40,887 bases of DNA from an uncultured Chromatiales bacterium (GCA_964409585.1 CAYPEH010000007.1:1-40887), one strand, 5' to 3'. Numbered from the stretch's first letter, positions 1 to 7,722 are shown. Numbers and translations are program-made. The notes: generated from the sequence alone by a model not told the origin.

Positions 1-54
1 ATCCTCGCTGTCCCACTTTTTCGCTACGATCCCCCCGAGTCCGACAGGCTGCTA
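1..54. mobile_element. Family-A palindromic MITE-like element, right-hand part only (truncated by window start)
   Basis: Identical to 32960-33013. Contains inner repeat CGCTGTCCCAC and right terminal repeat CCCGAGTCCGACAGGCTGCTA (34-54). Confidence 0.75.
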
Positions 55-141
55 GTATTACGGCCTGTAACGCACATTGCAGTGCGGCACCACCCCTCGC
101 ATCGTGGGGTGTGATGTTGGATTTCTCCAGGGGTCAGAGAA

Positions 142-435
142 GTGGTTCGTTTGTTTTCCGTCTTGTTGTTTCTGGTTGTGACTATGGCCGGGTTGAGCTT
201 TGCCGTTCTCAATTCGGAGACGGTGCCACTCAATTACTATTTCGGTGACCGCAATCTGCCCCTGTCCCTGGTGGTGGTGATTGCCTTTGCCCTGGGTGCA
301 GCCGTGGGCGGGCTCTTCAGTCTGGCGCTTGTTATCAGGCTGAAGAGGGAGATGGCCAGGCTGCGGCGGATCGTGCGCCTGAACGAGAAGGAAATCCTCA
401 ACCTGCGGAGTATCCCCATTAAGGATTCCCACTGA
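142..435 (+). CDS. lapA: LapA (YciS-like) inner-membrane LPS assembly protein, 97 aa, GTG start
   Basis: Two predicted TM helices followed by a basic coiled tail (RLKREMARLRRIVRLNEKE). Lies immediately upstream of lapB as in other proteobacteria. Confidence 0.8.
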   Translation: MVRLFSVLLFLVVTMAGLSFAVLNSETVPLNYYFGDRNLPLSLVVVIAFALGAAVGGLFSLALVIRLKREMARLRRIVRLNEKEILNLRSIPIKDSH

Positions 436-436
436 G

Positions 437-677
437 CCCGCCTGATTCATGGTGGCACCGAAACCCATGGTAACCGGATGAAGATTACAGCCAATCGTCA
501 AGAACAACGACGCTTTGTCTCCATGCTGGCTGGTTTCGGCCTGTCATGGTCCTGGCTGGTTCTGGCACATTTGGGCTTGGGCTTCGCTGACCCCATGGCC
601 ATGAATTCGCCTCCAGCCTTGGATCCAGACGCGCTAGCCTGGCGCCAGGAGCGGCGATCCACCATGAATCAGGCGGG
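437..677. mobile_element. Family-C MITE (241 bp), terminal inverted repeat CCCGCCTGATTCATGGTGG, flanked by 5-bp direct repeat CTGAG
   Basis: Left end CCCGCCTGATTCATGGTGG (437-455). Right end CCACCATGAATCAGGCGGG (659-677). CTGAG at 432-436 and 678-682. Related copy at 20527-20748. Confidence 0.85.
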
Positions 678-682
678 CTGAG

Positions 683-1852
683 ATGTTCGACCCCTTATGG
701 TTGATACTGCCAGCCGTGTTCGTCACGGGCTGGCTGTGGGTGAGGCGCCGTCCCCGCAGTGCCGGTAGTGGCTATCGCCGTAATAATTTCACCTCGGATT
801 ATTTCAAGGGTCTCAACTACGTCCTCCATGAACAGCCGGACAAGGCGATCGAGGTCTTTATCCGCATGGTCGAGGTGGACAGTGAAACGGTGGAGACCCA
901 TCTGGCACTGGGCAATCTTTTCCGCCGCCGTGGAGAGGTGGACCGCGCCATTCGTATTCACCAGAATCTGATTGCCCGCCCCACGCTCAACCGGGAACAG
1001 CGTACCCTGGCGTTATTGGAGCTGGGTGAGGATTACATGCGGGCCGGGCTGTTCGACCGTGCCGAGAACCTGTTCCTGGAACTGATCGAACTCGGCTCCC
1101 ATGCGGTTCCCGCATTGCGTAATCTCGCGGACATCTATCAGCAGGAGAAGGACTGGGAAAAGGCCATCAACATGGAGCGGCGGCTGGCCGTAGAAACGGG
1201 ACGGAATCGCAATGACATCATCGCGCAGTATCTGTGTGAACTTGCCGAGGAGGCACAGAGCCGCGGCGACCATGAACGCACCTGGAAGATGTTGCGCAAG
1301 GCGCTGGCTACAGACCGCAACTGTGTGCGGGCCAGTCTGCTTCAGGGCCATCTGTTCTCTGCAAGTGGTGACCGGGAAGGGGCTATCCGTGCCTACCGCC
1401 GGGTTGCCGAACAGGACATCGATTATCTCCCCGAAGTGATCGGGCCATTGCGAAAATGCTATGAATTGCAGCAGCAGTCGGCCGTGATGATGAGCTATCT
1501 GGAGTCCATGCTGGACCGCTACAAGGGCGTGGCCCCCATGTTGGCGCTGGCTGATATGATCCAACGTCAGCAAGGTGACCAGGCTGCCAGTGAATTCCTT
1601 GCCAGCCGCCTGCGCGCCAATCCCTCCGTGCGCGGCCTGGAGCGCCTGGTTCAACTGAAGATGGCCAACTTGCAGGATTGTGCCCGGGAGAGCATGGAAG
1701 ACCTGCGGTCAGTGACCGTGCGGCTGGTGGAGGACAAACCCTTGTACCGTTGCAAGCACTGTGGATTCACCGGTAAATCACTGCATTGGCAGTGTCCCGG
1801 CTGCAAGACCTGGGGCAGCGTCAAGCCGATGAAAGGTATCGATGGGGAGTGA
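683..1852 (+). CDS. lapB: LapB (YciM) TPR plus rubredoxin-type zinc-finger regulator of LPS biosynthesis
   Basis: 389 aa with an N-terminal TM helix, TPR repeats and the C-terminal motif CKHCGF...WQCPGC typical of LapB. Confidence 0.93.
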   Translation: MFDPLWLILPAVFVTGWLWVRRRPRSAGSGYRRNNFTSDYFKGLNYVLHEQPDKAIEVFIRMVEVDSETVETHLALGNLFRRRGEVDRAIRIHQNLIARPTLNREQRTLALLELGEDYMRAGLFDRAENLFLELIELGSHAVPALRNLADIYQQEKDWEKAINMERRLAVETGRNRNDIIAQYLCELAEEAQSRGDHERTWKMLRKALATDRNCVRASLLQGHLFSASGDREGAIRAYRRVAEQDIDYLPEVIGPLRKCYELQQQSAVMMSYLESMLDRYKGVAPMLALADMIQRQQGDQAASEFLASRLRANPSVRGLERLVQLKMANLQDCARESMEDLRSVTVRLVEDKPLYRCKHCGFTGKSLHWQCPGCKTWGSVKPMKGIDGE

Positions 1853-1856
1853 ATGA

Positions 1857-2582
1857 GTGACACAAGACAGGTCATTGGGGCCACGGATTATCGTTGCCCT
1901 GGATTTTCCGGCTGCACAGCCGGCACTGGATCTGGTGCAGAGGCTGGACCCGCGGCTCTGCCGCCTCAAGGTGGGCAAGGAGTTGTTCACCCGCGCCGGC
2001 CCCACCCTGGTGGAGACCCTGCAGACCCGTGGATTCGAGGTGTTTCTCGACCTGAAATTTCATGATATCCCCAATACCGTGGCGGGGGCCTGTGCGGCGG
2101 CGGCCGATCTGGGGGTCTGGATGGTCAATGTCCATGCCGGCGGCGGCCGTCGCATGATGGAGGCGGCCCGCGAGGCCCTGGACAAAGTGGCCACATCCCC
2201 CCCCCTGTTGATCGCCGTGACGGTGTTGACCAGCATGGCACGTGAGGATCTCAACGAGGTGGGTGTGGATGGTGAACCCGCCGATCAGGTGCAAAGGCTG
2301 GCATCGCTGGCCAACGCCTCCGGCCTCGATGGCGTTGTCTGTTCTCCACGTGAAGTTGCCCTGTTGCGCGCCTCCCAGGGGGATGCCTTTATTCTGGTGA
2401 CCCCGGGCATACGTCCCGCCGGTTCGGCCAGTGATGATCAACGCCGGGTCATGACGCCGGCGCAGGCAATGGAGGCGGGTTCGAACTACCTGGTGATCGG
2501 CAGGCCGGTCACCGCTGCCGATGATCCGATTGCCGCCCTGGATGCGATCAACCGGGATATGAGCCTGTCGGACTTAGGCTGA
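1857..2582 (+). CDS. pyrF: Orotidine-5'-phosphate decarboxylase
   Basis: Matches recalled PyrF motifs: [71 protein letters not shown] start. The last 8 codons and the stop lie in the family-A MITE. Confidence 0.95.
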   Translation: MTQDRSLGPRIIVALDFPAAQPALDLVQRLDPRLCRLKVGKELFTRAGPTLVETLQTRGFEVFLDLKFHDIPNTVAGACAAAADLGVWMVNVHAGGGRRMMEAAREALDKVATSPPLLIAVTVLTSMAREDLNEVGVDGEPADQVQRLASLANASGLDGVVCSPREVALLRASQGDAFILVTPGIRPAGSASDDQRRVMTPAQAMEAGSNYLVIGRPVTAADDPIAALDAINRDMSLSDLG

Positions 2583-2726
2583 ATTGGCTGAAAAAGCGGG
2601 ACAGCGGTCTCACTTCCCCTGATTTTTCGTTACATAGTCCCCACTATGCTCCTTAAAATCATGGAAAATCATTCTCGCTGTCCCACTTGTTCGCTTCGAT
2701 CCCCCTAAGTCCGACAGGCTCACATC
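2556..2726. mobile_element. Family-A palindromic MITE-like element (about 171 bp)
   Basis: Terminal repeats GATATGAGCCTGTCGGACTTAGG (2556-2578) and CCTAAGTCCGACAGGCTCACATC (2704-2726). Inner repeat GCGGGACAGCG / CGCTGTCCCAC. Copies at 7554-7722 and 32847-33013. Confidence 0.85.
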
Positions 2727-2769
2727 ACCCGAAGAACTCACTGGATACACAGGAAGGTACTGAGCAAGC

Positions 2770-3648
2770 ATGCCTGACAAAATCACCAAGGCCGTGTTTC
2801 CCGTGGCCGGCATGGGAACCCGTTTTCTCCCTGCCACCAAGGCCAATCCCAAGGAAATGCTGCCTATCGTCGACAAGCCGTTGATTCAGTACGCGGTGGA
2901 AGAAGCAGTGGCCGCGGGTATGACGGAACTGGTGTTCGTGACCAGCAGTTCGAAACGCGCCATCGAGGATCATTTCGACAAAAACTGCGAACTGGAAGGG
3001 ATCCTGGACGGACGCGGCAAGAAGGATGTGCTGGATATGGTGCGCAACGTGGTTCCGGATGGCGTTTCCTGCATCTATGTCCGGCAGGCAGAGGCCCTCG
3101 GCCTGGGGCATGCCGTGTTGTGCGCAAGACCGGTAGTCGGTGATGAGCCGTTCGCGGTGATTCTGGCCGACGATCTCATCCATAACGACGAGAAGGGCTG
3201 CCTGAGCCAGATGGTCGAGGTCTATCAGCGGTACGGGTGCAGCGTGCTGGGCGTGGAGCAGGTGGCTGCCGATGAGACGGACAAGTACGGCATCGTGAAG
3301 GTGACCGATGCCGGTGAACGGCTGGGAAAGGTGGAGGAGATCGTGGAGAAGCCCCACCCGGACGAGGCACCGTCCACCCTGGCTGTGGTTGGCCGCTACA
3401 TCCTCACGCCGCGGATCTTCGGTCTGCTGGAGAGGACCCAGGCAGGCGCTGGCGGTGAAATCCAGTTGACCGACGCCATCGCTGAACTCATGCGCGAACA
3501 GGATGCCATGTCCTACGCCTTCGAAGGCACCCGGTACGATTGTGGCAGCAAGCTGGGGTACCTACAGGCCACGGTGGAGTATGCGCTCATGCACGAAGGT
3601 CTGGGTGAGGATTTCCGCAGCTACCTGGAACAGTTGATGGCCAGGTAG
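2770..3648 (+). CDS. galU: UTP--glucose-1-phosphate uridylyltransferase
   Basis: 292 aa. N-terminal KAVFPVAGMGTRFLPATKANPKEMLPIVDKPLIQY is the GalU signature. VEKP motif present. Confidence 0.95.
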   Translation: MPDKITKAVFPVAGMGTRFLPATKANPKEMLPIVDKPLIQYAVEEAVAAGMTELVFVTSSSKRAIEDHFDKNCELEGILDGRGKKDVLDMVRNVVPDGVSCIYVRQAEALGLGHAVLCARPVVGDEPFAVILADDLIHNDEKGCLSQMVEVYQRYGCSVLGVEQVAADETDKYGIVKVTDAGERLGKVEEIVEKPHPDEAPSTLAVVGRYILTPRIFGLLERTQAGAGGEIQLTDAIAELMREQDAMSYAFEGTRYDCGSKLGYLQATVEYALMHEGLGEDFRSYLEQLMAR

Positions 3649-3679
3649 CAATGACACTGGCCGGCAGGGGCTGGCAGGT

Positions 3680-3961
3680 ATTAACCCGGCCACTTAATAT
3701 GTCGTGTTCAGAGCCTCAGGCATCTTCCCTGTCAAGGCGCGCGCCGCAGGCAATGGTCATTCCCTTGGCAAGGCGCGCAACGCCGAGAGGGGAGATGCCT
3801 GAGGCTCCTAACTAATTGATTATAAATGACAGGCCGTGCTGTGCGCGCCCACGGACTGCGTTGTCGAAACTGGCTGTAGGAGTGCTACAGCGGCGTTTCG
3901 ACGCCTTGCCGTGAACGCGCACAGCACGGCTGAACATGACCTATCAGGTGGCCGGGTTAAT
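3680..3961. mobile_element. Family-D composite MITE (282 bp): terminal repeats plus two long internal hairpin modules; the right end is chimeric
   Basis: Left end ATTAACCCGGCCACTTAATATGTCGTGTTCAG. Right end CTGAACATGACCTATCAGGTGGCCGGGTTAAT. Hairpin modules at about 3709-3808 and 3831-3930. Confidence 0.8.
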
Positions 3962-4210
3962 CATGCCGCGTTGCCAACGCTTCACAGCGTAACCCTCCGG
4001 TCCGGATTTCACGCGGCTCGCCTGGGGTGTGTATATGCACAGTCGCTGGACCGGGGAGGTTTCTGTCAGCAAATGAAGAATTTGCTTTACTCTCCAAGAA
4101 AATGAGTTATAAATAGGTCGTAAACCTATAATACTCAATAAGAAAATAACCACGGTTCCGGCCCCAGGCCGGGATATAAGATAAACATTGACGGGGTTGG
4201 GGGTTGCGCC

Positions 4211-4480
4211 ATGCCGGCGGAACAAAATACACAAGATCTTGGGGTCAACAGACCTTCACCACTACATGATCTAATGATCGGCCTGGCTGCCGGACTCGGC
4301 GCCGGCCTTCTCGGTGCGCTGCTGCTCGGCTTGGTGGTGGTGTTGCTTCTACCGGCCGACGGGGTGCGGCAGGCTCGTAATGATGCGGGTTGGGAGATGC
4401 GCGAGGCAGCCTATCAGGCGCCCACGACCACCGCTGAACCCCCTGCAAACCAGGGCCGGGAAGGGCTTACCAGTCTCTGA
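4211..4480 (+). CDS. Hypothetical small membrane protein (89 aa)
   Basis: ATG ORF with one strongly hydrophobic helix (IGLAAGLGAGLLGALLLGLVVVLLL), followed by a good intrinsic terminator at 4500-4534. No recognisable family. Confidence 0.4.
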   Translation: MPAEQNTQDLGVNRPSPLHDLMIGLAAGLGAGLLGALLLGLVVVLLLPADGVRQARNDAGWEMREAAYQAPTTTAEPPANQGREGLTSL

Positions 4481-4499
4481 CCGTTTGTCCGGTGCGCGT

Positions 4500-4534
4500 G
4501 GGGTGACCCCGGGTCACCCCATGTTTTCGTTTTC
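4500..4534 (+). terminator. Rho-independent terminator
   Basis: GGGGTGACC / GGTCACCCC stem followed by ATGTTTTCGTTTTC. Confidence 0.65.
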
Positions 4535-4579
4535 ACCACCTCCCGTTGAAAAGGGTGGGGCAATCCCACCTGTGCGTTC

Positions 4580-7105
4580 ATGCTCCCCTCGCTTCCCGTT
4601 GAAAAGGCCCTGCCGGAACTCGTACAGGCCCTGAAATCAGGATCATCCGCCCTGTTGCAGGCACCGCCGGGTTCCGGCAAGACCACCCTGGTACCGCTGG
4701 CGCTGCTGGATCAGCCCTGGTTGCGCGGCCGGTCCATCCTCATGCTGGAACCGCGCCGTCTGGCGGCGCGCGCGGCCGCCTACCGCATGGCGGATCTGCT
4801 GGGTGAGGAGGTCGGCAGCACGGTGGGTTATCGCACCCGGCTCGACAGTCGTGTTTCCGCGGCAACCCGTATCGAAGTGGTCACCGAGGGCATACTCACA
4901 CGCCGTTTGCAGAACGACCCGGAACTGAAGGGCACGGGTTTGGTGATCTTTGATGAATTCCATGAGAGGAACCTGCACACCGACCTGGGTTTGGCCCTGA
5001 CACTGGATGTCATGCAGGGGCTGCGCGACGATCTGCGGCTGCTGCTCATGTCGGCCACCCTGGATGCGCCTGCGGCCTCGGCCTTGCTCGGCGATGCTCC
5101 GGTGATTCACGCCGGGGGGCGCAGCTACCCGGTGGAGGTCCAATACCTTCCGGCCATGCCCGAGGGGCCTGTCGGCGATGTGGTCGGCGCGGCGGTGGTC
5201 CGCGCACTGAAGGAACGCTCAGGAGACGTACTGGCCTTTTTGCCAGGGGCCGGGGAGATACGCCGGGCCGGGGAATACCTGCGGGGGCGGGCCGAGTGCC
5301 GCGATGTGGAGGTGCTTCCACTCCATGGCGACCTGGGCCGGGAGCAGCAGGACCGGGTGCTGCGATTCGACCCCCATGGGCCAAGGCGTGTGGTACTGGC
5401 CACGCCCATTGCCGAGACCAGCCTCACCATCGAAGGGATACGGGTGGTGGTGGACAGCGGCCTGCGGCGGGAACCCCGTTTCGATCCCGCCAGCGGCCTC
5501 AGCCGCCTGCGCACAGTGAGGATTTCCAAGGCCGCCGCGGAACAGCGGGCTGGACGGGCGGGACGCCTGGCCCCCGGAAGCTGTTACCGTTTGTGGACGG
5601 AATCGGTGCAACGGGGATTGCAGGATCACAGCCGCGCGGAGATTCTCGGCAGCGATCTGTCCTCGCTGGTACTGGAACTGGCCCTGTGGGGGGTACGCTC
5701 GGCGCATGAACTGAAGTGGCTGGACCCGCCGCCGGAAGGGGCCTGGCAGGCTGCCGTCGCCCTGTTGCGTGGCCTGGGGGCCATCGATGCCGTGGGAGCG
5801 ATCACGGCGGCGGGGCGGGAGATGGCCGCCATACCCGCCCATCCCCGTCTGGCGCACATGTTGCGGGAAGGGCGGCGTCTGGGTCTGGCCGGACTGGCCG
5901 CGGATCTGGCCGGCCTGTTGAGCGAGCGGGATCCATTGTTGCCGCCGGCGGTTGGGCTGCAACGGCCGGTGGATCTGGAAACGCGGCTGGAAGCCCTGTG
6001 GGCCTTTCGCCGGGGAGGGGCCTCCGCGGCCAGGGGGCTGGGGGCGGATGCTGCCGTCTGTCGCCGGATCGAGCAGACGGTCCGCCGCTGGCGAAGGGGA
6101 GAGGAGGATGACGCGGACACCGGCGATGGCCGCCTGGGGTTGCTGCTGGCCTTCGCCTATCCGGATCGGGTGGCAGTGGCGCGTGAACCCGGCAGTGGAC
6201 GTTACCGTCTTTCCGGCGGCCGTGGTGCTGCCTTGCCGGCGTACGATGCCCTGGCCCGGGAGCCACTGCTGGTGATTGCGCACATGGATGCCGGACAGGG
6301 TGAGGGGCGTATCCATCTGGCCGCATCGGTCACCAGGGACGATCTGCGCCAGCATCTTCCCGAACATTTCACGGAAGCCACGGAGGTGTACTGGGACGAG
6401 CGTCAACAGGCGGTATCGGCGCGCTGGAGGGAGCGTTTCGGCCGGGTGGTGATGGACGAGCGGCCAGCCACCGATGTGGCGCCCGGCGAGGTTCTGGCCG
6501 CCATGTTGCAGGGGATACGCGGCATGGGCCTGGAGGTCCTGCCCTGGGATCGGGAACTGCGGTTGTGGCGGCAGCGGGTGCAGGCCGTGGCGCACTGGTT
6601 TTCTGAACAGGATTGGCCGGATGTGTCCGACGAGTGGTTGTTGTCCAACCTGGAGGAATGGCTGGGGCCCTACCTGGGCGGGGTCAGCCGGCGTCAGCAT
6701 CTGGAACGAATCGACCTGGGGGCGGCATTGCATGGATTGCTGGACTGGTCCCGGCAACGGCAACTGGATGAATTGGCGCCGACTCACCTGACCGTGCCCA
6801 GCGGATCGCGCATCCGTCTGGAATATGCCGGCCATGGGGAAGTGGTGCTGGCGGTACGTTTGCAGGAACTTTTCGGCCTGGCGGAAACCCCACGGGTCGG
6901 TGGTGGACGCATACCGGTCACCCTGCATCTGTTGTCACCGGCGCGGCGGCCGGTACAGGTCACGCAGGATCTGCGCGGCTTCTGGGAACGCACCTATCCC
7001 GAGGTGAAGAAGGAATTGAAAGGGCGTTACCCCAAGCACCACTGGCCGGACGATCCTTGGAGCGCGCAGCCTACGGCGCGGGCGAAACCGCGGCGGCGGG
7101 TGTAG
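4580..7105 (+). CDS. hrpB: ATP-dependent RNA helicase HrpB (DEAH-box)
   Basis: 841 aa with APPGSGKTT (Walker A), DEFHER (motif II), SAT, and C-terminal HA2/HrpB domains. Adjacent to mrcB as in E. coli. Confidence 0.93.
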   Translation: MLPSLPVEKALPELVQALKSGSSALLQAPPGSGKTTLVPLALLDQPWLRGRSILMLEPRRLAARAAAYRMADLLGEEVGSTVGYRTRLDSRVSAATRIEVVTEGILTRRLQNDPELKGTGLVIFDEFHERNLHTDLGLALTLDVMQGLRDDLRLLLMSATLDAPAASALLGDAPVIHAGGRSYPVEVQYLPAMPEGPVGDVVGAAVVRALKERSGDVLAFLPGAGEIRRAGEYLRGRAECRDVEVLPLHGDLGREQQDRVLRFDPHGPRRVVLATPIAETSLTIEGIRVVVDSGLRREPRFDPASGLSRLRTVRISKAAAEQRAGRAGRLAPGSCYRLWTESVQRGLQDHSRAEILGSDLSSLVLELALWGVRSAHELKWLDPPPEGAWQAAVALLRGLGAIDAVGAITAAGREMAAIPAHPRLAHMLREGRRLGLAGLAADLAGLLSERDPLLPPAVGLQRPVDLETRLEALWAFRRGGASAARGLGADAAVCRRIEQTVRRWRRGEEDDADTGDGRLGLLLAFAYPDRVAVAREPGSGRYRLSGGRGAALPAYDALAREPLLVIAHMDAGQGEGRIHLAASVTRDDLRQHLPEHFTEATEVYWDERQQAVSARWRERFGRVVMDERPATDVAPGEVLAAMLQGIRGMGLEVLPWDRELRLWRQRVQAVAHWFSEQDWPDVSDEWLLSNLEEWLGPYLGGVSRRQHLERIDLGAALHGLLDWSRQRQLDELAPTHLTVPSGSRIRLEYAGHGEVVLAVRLQELFGLAETPRVGGGRIPVTLHLLSPARRPVQVTQDLRGFWERTYPEVKKELKGRYPKHHWPDDPWSAQPTARAKPRRRV

Positions 7106-7120
7106 GCGGGAGGGGTGTGG

Positions 7121-7492
7121 TCATTCCCGCAGGCGTTGTTCCAGCTCCTTCGGCTCGATGGGGAAGGTCATTGCCTCGAACAATGGAAAGCGGCCACGCA
7201 GCTTTTCCAGCAGGTGGGCATTTTCCGCTTCATAAAAGACGATGACGCGGATCGACGGATGCCGTTGCACCACGGCGAGGATGGACTCCAGGTTGCTGGT
7301 GCGTTCACGAAAATCGGGCTGGTGATTGAACTCGGCCACGATCACATCGGGAACGTGGGTCTTGAGCCACTGGATGGCCTTGCGCCCGCTCCTGACGGTT
7401 TCCACCTCGAAACCGAGTTGGCGGTAGAGGGGGGTGAAATCGGGGTAGCCACCCCATTCGAAGATGGCCAGCAGGGTCTTGGATGCAGTCAT
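7121..7492 (-). CDS. Degenerate CheY-like receiver-domain protein (about 123 aa from the ATG at 7492; the ORF-track TTG at 7531 is less likely)
   Basis: Beta-alpha receiver-like pattern (LLAIFEW.., PDVIVAEFN, IRVIVFYEA), but the phospho-acceptor position reads E (VAEF) and the conserved Lys region is not recognisable. Confidence 0.55.
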   Translation of the reverse strand: MTASKTLLAIFEWGGYPDFTPLYRQLGFEVETVRSGRKAIQWLKTHVPDVIVAEFNHQPDFRERTSNLESILAVVQRHPSIRVIVFYEAENAHLLEKLRGRFPLFEAMTFPIEPKELEQRLRE

Positions 7493-7553
7493 GGTGGTGC
7501 GGATTGTCGGGCCTGGTCCAGTCGGCTGCAAGCGTGGACTCAGCAGCGGGTCG

Positions 7554-7722
7554 CTAGGAGTCTGTCGGACTTAGGATGAATCGGCTGCAAAAGCGGGACA
7601 GCGGTCTAATTTCCCCTGATTTTTCGTCACATGGTGCCCACCATGTTCCTCAAAATCATGAAAAATTCCCCTCGCTGTCCCACTTTTTCGCTACGATCCC
7701 CCTAAATCCGACAGACTCCTAG
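7554..7722. mobile_element. Family-A palindromic MITE-like element (169 bp)
   Basis: CTAGGAGTCTGTCGGACTTAGG (7554-7575) and CCTAAATCCGACAGACTCCTAG (7701-7722). Internal sequence matches 2579-2703. Confidence 0.85.

Larger units (their letters stand above)
1..3940. repeat. Copy 1 of a perfect direct duplication of at least 3.94 kb (partner 32960-36899); left end cut by the window start
   Basis: All ORF-track proteins in 1-3940 recur identically at +32959. Hand reading shows identity up to 3940/36899 and the first mismatch at 3941(c)/36900(a). Confidence 0.95.

Noticed and set aside
491-515. CA-rich motif (CAAGAACAACGACG) inside the family-C MITE as a possible Crc/Hfq-binding, CrcZ-like sRNA element linked to the CbrAB system.
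   Set aside because: It is a single occurrence, is not conserved in the second family-C copy, and is not located downstream of cbrB. The evidence is insufficient.
478-681. Short ORFs lying inside repeats: 24-233, 478-681, 2610-2876, 3836-4105, 9288-9491, 17795-18064, 20273-20752, 32599-32961, and their duplicates.
   Set aside because: Each is encoded by MITE/REP sequence and is present wherever the repeat is present. None has an SD, and reading frames differ between copies. They are spurious translations of palindromic elements.
5219-6928. Very long antisense ORFs opposite real genes: 5219-6928 (hrpB), 7726-9306, 13052-14851 (acs), 15361-17193, 18049-19920 (actP), 23452-24369, 26671-27918, 30002-31381 (rpsA), 37258-38007, 40000-40875.
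   Set aside because: High GC3 codon bias suppresses stop codons on the opposite strand. The sense-strand genes have clear family motifs, while these products are low-complexity (R/G/P/A/H-rich) with no motifs.
7121-7531. ORF-track starts taken at face value: 7531 TTG, 9384, 11854, 26809-27894, 27779-28297, 28330, 29861, 37242, 37354.
   Set aside because: Internal starts with better SD sequences and agreement with known family N-termini (DksA, GluQ, S1, CbbY, lipoprotein signal) were preferred. Several of the upstream extensions lie in repeats or overlap neighbouring genes.
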